Shown: piece after piece, positions 43,019-57,400 of the stretch
Position numbering within the stretch: the first letter of the stretch is position 1
How the letters are laid out: every line of letters starts with the position of its first letter
Assembly (NCBI RefSeq): GCF_009914755.1
Contig: NC_060925.1
Reading direction: 5' to 3' (one strand)
Source: the human T2T-CHM13v2.0 reference genome, Homo sapiens
DNA length: 64,000 nt
The notes under the pieces: model-generated
What the model was told of the DNA's origin: nothing
The model's database searches: none
The model's input: only the letters and a program-made list of their open reading frames with translations
Program-made: the position numbers and the translations under genes

Positions 43019-43884
43019 ACAGTCCCAATTTGATATTGATAGATATTTACTGAGCCTCTATTAGGTGTCAGATACTACTCTAGGAACTGGGGTAAAGCAG
43101 GAACTAAAACAGACAAGAATAGTTTAATAGTTAGATATGATCAAAGAATAAAAGTTTTGATGTGCTTACTAAGGAAAGAAGGGGGTAAGGTTCAAAAGGG
43201 CTTAAGATGACATCTGCAGGACCCTGTGCCAGATAAATAAGTTAACACGCTTGTAATAAAATATCTTCTACCTTCTACTTCACAAAATATACCTTCATAA
43301 GGACCCAAAAGGACAGATATGAATTTAAAATGTTGGGACTTCTAGGACTCCTGGAAGCTTTGTGCCAGATCATGGCAGCATAAGATACCCAGCTCCTGCC
43401 TTCCTAGTCCTGAACTCATGGCTCAACGCACAACCCCTTTTCTTCCCACAGTTGCTCCAGCTGCATCAAGAGGGGCCTCACATATATCTATGTGTATCCC
43501 CGAGTCCACATTTCTAGGCTCTGTTCCCTTCCTGACCAACTTTTGATCTAGTAGTAGGTGTAAAGTTGACAAAAACCATCTCAAGGAGGATAGACCTGAG
43601 CAAGAGGCCCTTGCAGATCCAAGTAGGCTCAGGACCAATTACGCAGGAAATTTTAGAGTTTTTAATACATAGAGCATTGTCTGGAATGTGAGGGAGCCAA
43701 GCTCCAGGTGGCCTCACAGGCTCCTGGTTTTACAAGTATAAATAAGACATTCAAGAGTGAGACCCAGGGCAAAAGCCAATCCCTTTAACCAGGTGTAAGT
43801 ATGCTACTGATTGCCAGTATTTTTCAAATATCTACTCAGTGGAGGGTTACTTCACCCATAGATTCCTTCTGATAGTATGGAGAG

Positions 43885-44095
43885 ATCTGTATTTATATCT
43901 ATATCTATCTACATCTACCTATATCTATATCTGCCTATCTCTATCATCTCTATTTCTATTTATGTCTACATATACATACATGAGTTTATACAGGTGTGTA
44001 TATAATATATATGTATATATAATACATATGTGTTATATATGTATTTTATATATGTATGTATAATACATATGTGTGTATCTACATATATCTATGTA
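43885..44095. repeat. TCTA/TA-rich degenerate microsatellite
   Basis: Directly visible. Confidence 0.85.
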
Positions 44096-45267
44096 GTGTT
44101 CCTATCTGTTCATTCATTCATGTTATGGAAATAGGTAGGCCTGATACAATTAGTTGGGTGGTCTTAACCCCTGAAATTATATCACTACTTCCCCTTTTCT
44201 TAGTTCATGTTACTCAAGCACAGTTCTGATTGCAGTTTGACTTTCTATGTGGTCTGGCTGCAAAGAAAAAATGTGCTATTATGTCATAGTATAATATTAC
44301 ATATTAGGGTCCTTTGGCCATGTGGGAGTCACATTGTTCACTGTGTTTAATAATTGATAATGTTTTATATAGTATCCTCTCGTAAGTTTTGCTAGCATGT
44401 GTGAATGTCCCTAAGTCCACTAAACTGAAAATCTCTTGAGATCACTCTTCTGAAATTGAAAATTTGAGGACCAGTTGCTTGACAAAGATTCACTAATAGT
44501 AATGCCACCTGAAGAAGCCACTCAGCAGTCAGCCACCTGATCTTCCCTGGCACACCATGAACGTGGCCTGCACCAATTCAAACTCCCACAGTGAGTAAGA
44601 GTCCAGCGGGTGCTTACTGTATCTGTGCTCAAGTAATGCATAACTCACAGTGACACAAGTTTTCATCTAACCCTTTATGCTGACAGAACTGTAAGTAGCT
44701 TCCTGGGGTGGGAATAAGAAGACGGGACCCTACAGTGGTGGCAGCAAGAGAGTAGAGAAGAAGAGCAGCACATCTTACATTCCCTCTCCTTCTACTATTC
44801 TAACTTTTTTCACAATGAGATTCTTTCCCATAAATCCTTCTAGTCAGCAGGACTGCCTTTATGCACATGTGTGTCATGGCAACATGACGCAAGCACTGTT
44901 CTCACTGAATCCAGGATTTAAACATAAAGCTACTCTGAACATGTAAGGTACTCAGTGTTACGTAGTGTTTAGTAGACAAAAAGTATATATTCCTTTTTAA
45001 GAAAAAGTATTAAAATAAAATGGTCTATAGCAAAACAAAAATATTCAATTGCTCTGAACACCAAAATTTTTATGAAGCATGCAACACTAAACCAGACAGA
45101 TAGATATTTGTTGGAACCCAGTCTTTAAAATGATGACTGAGTTCCTAGTAAGAGATTGTTCATTCTAGTCACCTTAATAACAGAATCAAGAAACCAACAA
45201 CACAGGAAGAGATCTATGACTATTTGAGCCACAAACAGTGCCCAGTTTGGTGCATATGACACAGAAT

Positions 45268-45431
45268 CCCTCCCTCCTTTCTTCTCTCCTTTTTTCCTTC
45301 CTTCCTCCCTCCCTCCCTCCCTCCCTCCCTCCCTTCCTTCCTTACTTCCATCCTTCCCTCCTTCCCTGCTACCTTCCCCCTTCCCTTTCTTCCTTCCTTC
45401 TTCATACTTTCTCCCCTCTTCTCTTTTTTCC
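45268..45431. repeat. (CCTT/CCCT)n polypyrimidine tract
   Basis: Directly visible; source of the spurious EGR-rich ORFs. Confidence 0.95.
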
Positions 45432-48400
45432 ATAAATATTTATTGGGAGCTTTCCATGTGACAGGCACGTAGGCAAGTATTAGGGATGTAACAGAAGCTT
45501 CAACATGTCTCAGACACTCTTGAAGTTTAGAATCTAAAGCAATGAGTCTCACTAAGACACAGATAAATTCTCATTCAAATGAAACTTGCAGACCAACCTG
45601 TGTAGCAAGATATAGTCAGGTTTATTGGGATGGGAGGGACAGAGAGTTACTCTCTATTTAATCCTAATTTATCATTTTAAACCACAGCTATCCCCACACA
45701 GCCATTTATTAAAAATCTACTGAAAACATAAAATAACACACTGTAAATGTGTCTATTTATGTGCCATGAAAATATTTATAACTTAGTGACATCTTGAATG
45801 TTAGGATCCTTAGGTGAGTTACAAATATACTAAAGAATGTATCCTATGTTAACAAATCTTACAAGAATACACTTGTTCATATATTGCTCAAGGGAAGGCA
45901 TATTTTACCCCAAACTTTCCTCCTTGCCTCATTTAGCTCAATAACTTCCCAATATATGTTGAATATGCAAATCAAACAGTACCCAATGATGTCAGCTAAG
46001 TTGAAAAAGAGTTTAACATGATACAGACCACTTCTCTTCTACCAGAATGTTCTAGATGTATGAGAAATTTAAAGCTTAGGTATTTTCCAATTTCTAGGCA
46101 CCAGAATTCAAAAGAGTTCTTTCTGTAATATTAGGGATAGTATCCATTTTTACCTAAATAAGAAACCCACTTTTTTTCATGTAGATGAGTGTAGAATGTA
46201 TGAATTATGTATGAATGATGAAAGGAAGATATAGATCAGCAGTATATATCTTTCTCTCAGGTACATATTTAATAAAATAGTATACCAATTGTAATTTAAG
46301 AAGAGTAATTCTGAGGAGCAGTTCATAAGGCTTCCAGCTTTGTTCTTGTGACACATTTCCTGGTAGAAATATGTTATCCTAGACCTTGACCCTGCCTACA
46401 TTACCTCCTTAGCACCCTCATGTCTGGGAAAGTCCAGCCAGTTCTACTTGTGTGGCATGGGAGAAACAAACATTCTTCAGTAGAATGAATTATGCAACCA
46501 AATGTATCAGTGATAACTGTGGTTTCAGCTACATTGAAGAGTAGCCAAAAATCGAACTGACCAAACTTCAGATCTCTCTTGGCCTTACTTGAACTCATTC
46601 AATATATCTGTGACTCTTTAACTTTCTGACTTATAGAATAAAATTAAAATGTTCTATACTAATAAGCAGGTAAGACTCAGTAAAAAATAAAATGCTTTTC
46701 TAGAAAGAATTCAATAAGTTATTATTGATTAGCAAAGACCTTTCTTTCCTAATTAGATTTTGATGCAAATTTATCATTTAAGGTCTCTAAGGTGCTTTAA
46801 GTTTTCTAAAGGAAAAAAATTTTATAAACATTGTATGTTATTACGTGGGTAAATATTCACAAAATTATAGTGATTCACTAGAGCAACAGAGTATAAACAC
46901 AAAATACATCTGGAAAAGAAGATAGAGAAGAAAACATGGGTGGTCAATTTCCCAACCTATACTCTTCCTAATAAATCAGAGGTTGCCTCTACACAGAAAT
47001 AATATATCATCTCCTCTCACATCTTGAAAGCTGCTAGAATCATTTCAAGGAAAAGTGGCCTAATACCTAAACAATCTCCAATCAGACATCGAGCTTCCTG
47101 AATAACTGAATGAATGCCGCCTGTTTGCAAAGCATTTATTTTCTCCCTTGAACAATGCGGGCTAATTTTTGCCTTTATACCCAGTTTATTGTAGCCTTCA
47201 GATAACTACAGTTCTCAATTTTGTTTGCGGAACATTCTGCCATCTCTCCCTTATTTATTTCTTTTGAATCTGGCATCTGCTTTTATCCTTTGTATCTTTG
47301 ATTAAAACTTCTCAGAAAAATCCTCCTGGGAAGGTGCTTGTTCTTTTCACTCTCTTAGTTGTACATTGGATGTCAATATAGATAAGAGACTTGGAGCAAA
47401 AACAGAACAAACCATCTTATCTTTGAGCTGTGTAATTACAAACAAAATCTCTTTTGTGATACATAATCATGTAATATTTTACTTTACTTTGTCAAAAGAT
47501 GGGACACTTTTAAAACATCTGCACTTTCTAGCTTCATTTATCAGTGGTGATGACAGCTGAGTGGGGTGGGGTGGCAAAGGGGATCAGAAAGTTGAACATT
47601 TTTGTCTCCCCTACAAAAGTAATTGTTTTGAAAGTAGCAACTAAATTCAGAGTCAAAATGTGTAAATTTAGTGGGTATTAAAAAATAATCTGAGTTTTCA
47701 ACAGAGAAAGATAACTGATAATCACCAATAAGAAATAACTCTCTCTGGATTTTCTTTAAACATATCCAATCCCTCCTAGATATTTCCCACTTTGTGAATT
47801 GCATTTGCAGTATTGGGAAAATGCTGACGTAATAAATACTTCAGAGTTTTCTCCTGTTTTCCACACATTGCTAGAGAATACACATGATTATATGCACCTG
47901 TATTGTTTGGTCATTTTGTCTCCTTTGGGAAGAATCAAATGGATGAATTGATCCAATTTGGATGCAGAAGCCATGGGAAAAGCAGCTCTTACTGTGAGAA
48001 TACACTGCATTTATAAAACTGCACATATAAAAACAATATTGAACTTTTGGAATGTTCACTGAGTATATGTTTGTGTGTATGTACACGTGAAAGCCCCTGT
48101 ACACATCTACATGAATTAACTGGTCATTTCAGACATCAATAACTGCTGGCTCGTTTATAAAGAGGATGTTTTGTCTTCCATTTTGGACACACATGAAAAA
48201 TGTTCTTAAATCACTTTCTGTTTTTATCATTAAATGTGGGAATATACCTAAAAACCAGAGCAAAAACTGTTCTTCATGTGAGGTCTGAAACATTTATCAT
48301 TTTTTTTCTATAAAAGTAGGGAGATTCTGTATTTAGCCTTTTGTGGTAGAAGGTAATGAATAACTGAGATCAGATAACTACTAGGAGATTAACTCTATTC

Positions 48401-49340
48401 TATTAATTTTATTAATAAACTAATAATGCTTACATTTAAGGTTTGAATGCTTAGGAACTTTTAATTGGCAATTTGATCTTTATAAATTAAAAAAGAATAG
48501 ATAGTTAACATCTTATTCTATATTTCACTTTAAATGATAATATATTAGGGAGTTTCAAGAAGAGTTTTCTTTTTATTGACAAGAAAATGGCACTCTTCCT
48601 CTGAAAAAAAAGTTTTATTTCTAAAAAAAAAAAAAAAAGATGAAACATGGGAATAATGGAAGAAACTTAGAAAAGAAACCGAGACATTATAATAGATATC
48701 TAGTGGATATTCCATTCACACAAACTGCCACACTGAGATTTAGTAAAAATGTTGTGGTTCCTTCTAATCCTGCTCCATTACTAATTCTTAGCCACCACCC
48801 TCTGTGTTCACCAACAAATGCCCAATGTTCCAGTCATACCCAATCAAAGAAGCCTTTTTATCCAACAAGAGAGGCTCCTCTTGTCCATATGTCTGAAAGG
48901 ATTATGATTGCTTTACACTCTTCAATTGGAATATCAGCACATTAAAGCTTTTTAACCTACTATACTTTCTTCCTTGCTCACATATTGCCTACTGGCTAAC
49001 TTTTTCTAAAGTAGACCCTTCATCTCCTTTGGAAATTACTGAGGCAGATGATTTCCTCTTTGATTTCCCCTTTGATTTCCCCAAAGGTTTAATAAAACTC
49101 CGCAAGTTCATTCTGTACCTTGCACAGCTGTGGCTTGTGGTCTCAAGAGGCATCTGAAACATGTAACAACTCTGAAGCATTGGATGTTAGACAACTGACC
49201 AGTGTGCATGCTCCTTGTCCAGCCACCAGTCCCCACGAGCTGATTTCTTACAATTCTCAAATTCAAACTTTTTTTCAATTAACATTTTATTTCTGACTTT
49301 GATGCTAGTCTCCTCACCAGACACATAAAACCTGACTTTC

Positions 49341-49650
49341 AGCCGGGCATGGTGGCTCACGCCTGTAATCCCAGCACTTTGGGAGGGCGAGGAGGGTGGA
49401 TCACTGAGGTAGGGAGCTCGAGACCAGTCTGGCCAACATGGCGAAACCCCGTCTCTACTAAAAATACGAAAATTAGCCAGATGTGGTTGTAGGCACCTGT
49501 AATCCTAGCTACTCTACTCGGGAGACTGAGGCAGGAGAATTGCTTGAACCTGGGAGGCAGAAGTTGCAGTAAGCCAAGATCGTGCCTACAGCCTGGGCAA
49601 CAGAGTGAGACTATGTCTCAAAACAAACAAACGAACAAACAAACAAAAAC
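49341..49650 (+). mobile_element. AluS with TSD AACCTGACTTTC and (CAAA)n tail
   Basis: TSD at 49329-49340 and 49651-49662. Confidence 0.95.
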
Positions 49651-49852
49651 AACCTGACTTTCAGTCACAATTTTTGTCTTTCCTTTCACAGATGAATTGT
49701 TGATGCCATAGGCCCAATTCTATTTCCAGGTTATTCTTTGCTTCCAGGTAATCATAAGTTATTGTTTATTGCTCAGAATTATTCCTTCTGTCAAATGATT
49801 CTTTCCATATTCCACATCTATTCTGAATTTTCTCATCACTTCCTGTTTCTTT

Positions 49853-52555
49853 AATCAATTTCTTTTGAATTGGCAAATTTAAAAAGTATATATTTATCAG
49901 GTGCAACATGATGTTTTGAAATATCTATAAACTGTGGAATGGCTAAATCAACCTCATTAACATATGCATTACTTCACATATTTCCCATTTTTTTGCAGTG
50001 AGAATAATTAAAATCTACTTCCTCAGTGATTTTCAAGAATACAATACATTCTTATTAACTATAGTCACCATGTTGTACAATGAATCTCTTGAAGCTAACT
50101 GAAATTTTGCCTCCTTTGACCATCATATTTCTAGTTCCCCACCTCTCTTCATCAGCATTCCTTTACTCTCACTTCAGCCTCTGGTAACCACATTCTACTC
50201 TCTGCTTCTACACAGTTGACTTATTTAGATTCTGCATATAACTGAGATCATGTGGTGTGTGTTTTCTGTCTTTTGTGCCTGGTTTATTTCACTTAACATA
50301 ATGCCTTCCAGGTTTAACTTTGTTTTCACAAATGACAAGATTTACTTTCTTTGTTAAGGCTAAATAGTATTCCATTGTGTGTATATATACCACATTTTCT
50401 TTATCCATTTATCCACTGATGAACACTTAGGTTCATTCCATATTGTGGCTATTGTGAATAATGCTGCAATGAATATGAGAAAGTAGTTATCTTTTAGATG
50501 TCCTGATTTAATTTTCTTTAACTGTATACCCAGTAGTGGGATTGCTACATCATATGGTAGTTCTATTTTTATTTTTTTTAAGAACCTCCATACTGTTTTC
50601 CATAATAGCTATATTAATTTGCATTTTCTCCAACAGTGTGTGAAGGTTTCCATTTCTCCACATCCTCACCATTTATTATCGTCCATTGCATAGTAGCCAT
50701 TCTAACAAATGTGAAGTGATATCTTATTATGATTTATAGTTTTAATTTGCATTTCTCTGATGATTAGTAATATTGAGCATTTTTTCATGAACCTCTTCAG
50801 TATTTGTGTGTCTTTGTTGGAATAATGTCTATTTAGATCCTCTCCTTATTTGTAAATTAGGTGATGTAATTTCTTGCTATTGAGTTGTAGGAGTTTCTTA
50901 TATATTTTGGATATTAACCCCTCATCACATGTAGGGATTGCAAATATTTTCTCCCATTCTGTAGATTATCTCTTCACTCTGTTGATTTTTTATTGTACAG
51001 AAGCTTTTCAGTTTGAGGTAATCCCATTTGTCTATTTCCACTTTTGTTTCCTGTGCATTTGGGGTCATATCCAAAACATTGCCCAGATGAATGTCATTGA
51101 GCTTTTCTCCTATGTTTTCTTTTACTAGTTCTACAGGTTCGGGTCTTATATTTAAGTCTTAATCAATTTTGAGTTAATTTTTGTATATGGTGTGAGATAA
51201 GGATCTGATTTCATTCTTTTACATGTGGATCTCCAGTTTCTCCAATACCATTTATTGAGGAGACTGCCCTTTCCCCATTGTGTATTCTTGGCACCTTGTC
51301 AAGAATTAACTGACTACAAATTCATAAATTTACTTCTTGGCTCTCTTTTTTCTTTCATTTGTGTATGTGCCTATTTTTATGCCAGTTCAATGCTGTGTTG
51401 ATTACAATAACCTTGCAGTATATTTTGAAGTGAGGTTGTGTGATGCCTCCAGCTTTGTTCTTTCTGCTCAATATTACTTTGGCTATTCAGGTATTTTTTA
51501 TGGTTCCGTTAGAATGTTAGTTTTTTTTTCTATTTCTGTGAAAAATATCATTCAAATTTTGATAAGAATTGCCTTAATTTTGTACATTGTTTTGGATAGT
51601 ATGGGCATTTTAACAATATTAATTCTTCCAATTCATGAATGTGGGATATTTTCCTGTTTATTTATATTTTCTTCCATTTTTATTCTTCATTTATTTTGTT
51701 TTATAATTTTCAGTGTACAAATCCTTCATCTCCTTGGTGAAATTTATTGCTAAGATTTTATTATTTTTTGTAACTTTTGTTAATGGATTGTTTTCTTGAT
51801 TTTTTTGGATAGTTCATTTTTATGTATGGAAATACTACTAATTTTTGTATGTCAATTTGGTAGTCTAAAACTTTATTAGTTTTAATGGCTTTCTGATGGC
51901 ATCTTTAGGATTTTCTATATATAAAATCATGTTACCTGTAAACACAGACAATTTAGCTTTTTTCTTTTCAATTCAGATGTCTTCTATTTCTTTCTCTTGC
52001 CTAATTGCTCTGGCTAGGACTTCCAATAGTATGTTAAATAGAAGTGGTGAGAGTGGGCATCCCTATCTTGTTCCTGATGTTGAAGAAAACCTTTCAACTT
52101 TTCCCCATTGAGTATGAGGTTAGCTGTGCGTTTGTTATATACGGCCATTATTGCATTGAGGTACATTCCTTCCATACCTAATTTGTTGAGAGCTTTTATC
52201 ATGAAACAATGTTGAGTTTTGTCAAATGCATTTTCTGTGTCTGTTGAGATGATCATCAAGTGTTTGTCTTTCATTCTGTTAATGTGGTGTATCACATTTA
52301 CTAATTTGTGTATATTGATCCGTCCTTGCATCCGTGGGATAAATCCCACTTGATTATGATACGTGATCCTTTTAATGTGCTATTCAATACAGTTTGCTAG
52401 TATTTTCTTGAAGATTTCTACATGTATGTTCATGAGAGATACTCTCCTGTAATTTTCTTTTCTAGTAATGGCCTTGTCTGGCTTTTCTATCAGAGTACTG
52501 CTAGACTTATAAAATGAGTTTGAAAGTATACCCTCCTCTACATTACTTCCTGAGA
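49853..52555 (-). mobile_element. L1MA (L1MA6/7-like), 2.7 kb, 5'-truncated
   Basis: Antisense 3'UTR (ACTATAGTCACCATGTTGTACAAT) and ORF2 peptides [31 protein letters not shown]. Confidence 0.92.
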
Positions 52556-53339
52556 TTTTCTTTAAAGTAAACCACATCTAACTTAATTTCTTTTGTAACC
52601 ATTTACTTTTTATGAGCATTTGAAATATGTTTACTATATATCCAAATCAAGAAGGATAAAACAAAGACTGGGTTTTCAAACAATGCTGTATACTTAGCCT
52701 CTTCATTTTTTCATCCTTTTCCATGTCTTTTATCAAAAGAGGATGCATGTCTTCTCACAATCTTACCTCCTTTAGAAACAATTAACGACCTTGTTTATAT
52801 AAGGGCATTCACTGGCCATGATAATTGACATCTAAGAGCTGCTTTCGACCCAGCTGTTTACCTCAACCGTGCACTGCTCTTAACCACCACACTAAATTAC
52901 AGTGAATCTTGCATCTTATACCGAGGTATGGAAGCTTCATGTTAAGAATGACAGACTGACCACATAAAAAGAGCCTGCTTCCTTGACACTTCAAAACTGC
53001 CTTTATCAGCCATGGACTGCTTACCCTCTGACAGTTAAGGGAGAAAGAAATACACTTTTAATATAGAAGATGCAGTACATTTAACAAAGATATTTTAGCT
53101 ACTGTTTCATTTTATTTGTTGTTACAGCATCTGAAACCTATGTCCTAATCAATAAACAAATGGAATGAGGTCTTGAAATAGTACAGAAAAGGAAGTTTCA
53201 TCCTTTTATGTGAAATAGGACTACATGTACACTTCTCAACATGTGACCTGAAGTTCATATCTGCTGCATAAAAGTATAATTTAAAATTCTGGTAATTGCT
53301 AATATGGAAAAGATCAAGATATTGCAATAAAGGATAAAA

Positions 53340-53935
53340 AAAGTAGATAGTTTTCTTAAATATGGTGATCTGAGAGAACTTCTCTGAAGAAGGGATGTCT
53401 AATCAGTGATATGAAAGGTAGCCAGGAGCTGGCCATGTGAAGAGAAAGGAGAACAACCTTCAAGGTGAACATCCTGGAGGAGATAAAACTTTAGATTGTG
53501 AGAGAAGCTAAAAGAATTCCAAGTGACTAGACTTTGCAGGCTTTTGGAAAAGGAGCCTGAGATAAGGTGGTGAGCTAGGCTGGGGCCAGAGTGTGCAGGA
53601 TCTTGCAGGCCAAGGTTAGGAGTATGGATTTTGTTCTTGATGCAATGATAAGCTATTGAAGGATTTAAAATAAGGGAATGGTGTGGTTTAAGTAGTGTTT
53701 TTTCAAAATGGTTTTGGTTGATGTGTAGAGGGTAAATTGAAGAGAGAAGGGTAAGAATGGAAGCAGCAGGAGCAGTTTAAAGGCTATCACAGAGCCCAGG
53801 AGCAAACTCATGCTGACGATGCAGAAAAAGAGAGAGAAATTGAATGATTTGATGGGTACTGAGATACATTTTGAAGGGAGTTTGGATAAGACTTGCTGAA
53901 GCACTGGATTTGAGGAATACAGAAGAAAGGAAATA
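53340..53935 (-). mobile_element. L2 fragment
   Basis: GCAGGCCAAGGTTAGGAGTATGGATTTTGTTCT..AAGCTATTGAAGGATTT..GAGATACATTTTGAAGG is typical antisense L2. Confidence 0.75.
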
Positions 53936-53974
53936 AGAATTCTATTTTGAATATATTAAGGATAAGATGATTGT

Positions 53975-54418
53975 GAGATGTTTTATAAGTCAATTTATGC
54001 TTCTGTAACAATCCCCAAATTTCAGTGATTTATTTTATTTCTTATTTCTTACTCACCCAACAGACGTCCATGGATTTTCCTGGTGACTTAATTCTCTTGG
54101 AAAGCTCTTCTCCAAGTGGTGGCATATGGACTTGGGATCTTTCTATCTGTGACTTTGCCTTTCTCTAAGTCCTTGGGTTTTGTTTCGGGTTTTGGTTTTC
54201 TCTCCATTCAGCTTGTTAGTGAGTAAAGAGCATGTGCAGGCAGGGAGGATTGTGCTGAATATTTTAATAGGCCAGTTCAGGCAGTGGCATGCATGATGTC
54301 TACCATTCACATTGACCAAACTCAATCACGTGGCCCACTTCAACTGCAAGAGAGGCTGGGAAGTGTAGTCTACCTATGTGCCCAGGATCAGAGGGAAAGG
54401 GTGTAGCAGCTTTCCATC
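53975..54418 (-). mobile_element. Old MLT1 (J/K/L-like) LTR
   Basis: TGTAACAATCCCCAAATTTCAGTG..CACATTGACCAAACTCAATCACGTGGCC..AACTGCAAGAGAGGCTGGGAAGTGTAGTCT. Confidence 0.75.
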
Positions 54419-57400
54419 ATATTCAATGGCAATATAAAATGGTCTCCCAAATATATTTGAACAAAAAAGAAGAAACAAATGTTTATTGAATCCCACTTCC
54501 AATAATCTAACCTAAGCATCTCAGGGATTATAAAGATGAACACTCCTTCTGTGTTACCCACAAAAGGCTGTGTAATTTAATTGTAAAAAGAAGATACTGT
54601 GTAGATATTTGAAAAGTTGCAAATGAAAACAATGGGATATGCCAAAGAGAAATAAATAATTACCAAATAAATCATATAATCAGGCATCACACATTCAAGG
54701 GAGGGAAATTCACCACAGTCTAAAGGGAGTTACAGAAGTTTCCAAAATGAGCAAAAGTTTTATGTGGGTTATGAAAAATATGTCAGAGTAGACCAGGAAA
54801 CAAGGGCAAAAGAGACTTTTTTTAGGCAGAGAGAAATCCATTATTAAAAATGAATTTTTCCCTATTTAAAATAACTGCCTTTTTGTCATTATCAGCACTC
54901 TTAGAAACAGCAAATTTAAATAGGCTGAATAATTATTTAGTAATCAGCTATTAAATAACTATAATCAAAATGATATTTATGTGGCTTAATGTAAAGTTTC
55001 TCTTTCCAAATATGCTTGTGCATATAGGCACAGTCTCAACTGCTAAACAAAGAGTGGGCTCATTCAAACTTTGAACTCAAATCTATGACTCACTTTCTGT
55101 GGTCTCAGTTTCCTGCTTTACACAATAGAGGAATAAGATGTCAGGGCTGTCTAGGGGATCCAGATAATTGTCAGTTGGCTAGGAGAGTTTCTACATGTTT
55201 TATATACACAGAGATGATTATATGACGATCAGGAGGAAGGTTGAGCAACTAGCAACAGAGTCAAGAAGTGGGAATGTGAGATGATTTGTCTTTTTACACG
55301 CACAGAAATAACTTATTTAAATTGCTATGCCTGTCATTGGGTTCGGGCCTTTGGATCTAGCAATCAAGCCTGGAAGATGGAGCCAGGCTTGTAGAGAACC
55401 ATCATGATTCACTTCTTGCAGACAGCCTTTGGCTATATACGAAATAGATTGATGATGATTATAATGTTAATAATAATAATAATAATTTGCGCTTACTTAG
55501 TAGCTTTCATGCTATATTTTCAAAGATGTTGTAAACATTAACTAATGAAGCCCTACAGCAACTCATAAGGTAGCTATTACCTGTATTGTGCAAATAAATA
55601 ACCACGGCCAGCAAAGGTTAAATGGGAAGCCTGAAGTCATATAGTAATTCAAAGCCAGGGAAACAGAGATTGATTTCTAACCACAATGTTGGCTCCTTGA
55701 CGTCTAGACCACTGTCCTTTCCTTGGCAAAGGAAGCTAACAGTTTGTAGAGCAGAAAATGGGTTATGAGGGAAAGAGCAGAAGTCTGAGGTTTAGGAGTA
55801 TGCACAGGAGCTGGGTTAGAATTTCCCAGAATCAGTAATCCAATAGGGACATACTTGAAACACTGTTCCGCCAGAGCTAGCTTCCTACACAGGCGCTCGG
55901 ACGCCCTCACGGAGTCTCACGGCAGTGATCCGGGGACATGTTTGGCTTCTTTACCAGAATACAGGCAACTTACAGGTAGAAAAGAGGCTATTTCCTTGAA
56001 TTCCTTAACATTTAACACAGTGCCTGGCATATCCGAGATATAATAAATAGATATGATGTAATAAATACTTTTTGAATAAATAAATGAATATGTAAAACAC
56101 TTTTGTAAACTTAGTCTGAGTATAGAAAAAAATCACTGTAAAATGAAATAATTCCAAAAAGCGATGAAATTACTGACTGAATTGAAAGAAAAGGAACCTT
56201 CATGTAGAAACCTGAAACATTAACGTTGGTGGAAAATACTGGGCTTGAAAGACAGGCCAGCATTTGCTCTGACAATTGGCTACTCTACTATCTTCAGTTT
56301 ACTCATTTGTAAAAGGTAAGTATAATAACAATGCCAGCCTCAGAGAATTGTCACAAGAATCAGATGCGACAGTATGTGCAGATCACCTATCATTAGATCA
56401 CACCAAGTCCAAAATACATATTTGTGTTCTTTCCTCCTTTGAAAAGCAATCGTATCTCTAAACCTTAATAGTTGTAAATGTTTAAAATTAATATTCTTGC
56501 TTCTATGTAGAAAAAGCTATTTTCATATGGACAACGCTTTCTTAGCAAGGCAAAAGGAGGGAAATATTGAAACAGTTTTCTCCCTAATGCTATGTGAGAA
56601 AGAAAAGACTAAAGCACAACTAGCATTCCATTTAAGCTGCACCGTCTTAAGAAACACCACATAAATGAGCAAGTTGGAGGTTAGCTAATTTATCTGATAC
56701 AAACACTCCCAAATTAATTTAAGGACCTCATGTATCTAATACAGTAAAGAGAGTGGATTTTTTTTTTTTTTTTTTTTTTGCAGCCTCTAGAAAGTTTCAC
56801 TTTAGGTAATAGTTTATACCTTTAATTTATGTTGAGCTAGTTTGGTATCCTTAGCTTTCTCTCCTTAGTTATCATGTCCCTAAATGGACTAGGGATTCCT
56901 GAGAGAGTAACGAAGGATGAACAGGGAGGGCATGGAGGCAGATGCTGAGAAAGCTCCCTGGAAAGCTTAGTTCAGGAATCTAGGAGATAAATTTATATGT
57001 TGCCTGATAGTTCTAGCTCTGAAAAAATTAGGAAAACAAAGTATAATTGGGGTTACACCTTAGATTTCTACAACGTAAATTAGTTATCATCTTTATGAGT
57101 TGATTAACACTGCAATATTTCTCTGGGTTTAACACAAATATACTGTGAGATCACTCTTAAGCTGAGCCACCCACAATGTATTAGTGTGTTTGGCTCTATT
57201 AAAAGCTTAGCAAAGAAGCAATAAAAACTTAGTTTTAAGTGGTGAACAGACATAATTTTATATCTGTCATTACCATTAAGACACACCAATGTGTAATTGA
57301 GGGAAATGAATGTTACAACAGAGCAATTATGTTTTTGATACATCCTCAATTCATCAAATGATTGTATCACACTAACAAATTTCTCTTGCTTGAAGTAATA

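Noticed and set aside
44870-44891. 9-bp stem with a GCAA (GNRA) tetraloop, TGTGTCATG-GCAA-CATGACGCA
   Set aside because: Too short; expected by chance in 64 kb, with no surrounding ncRNA architecture.
45125-45552. EGR/GRKE-rich ORFs
   Set aside because: Translation of the (CCTT/CCCT)n repeat.
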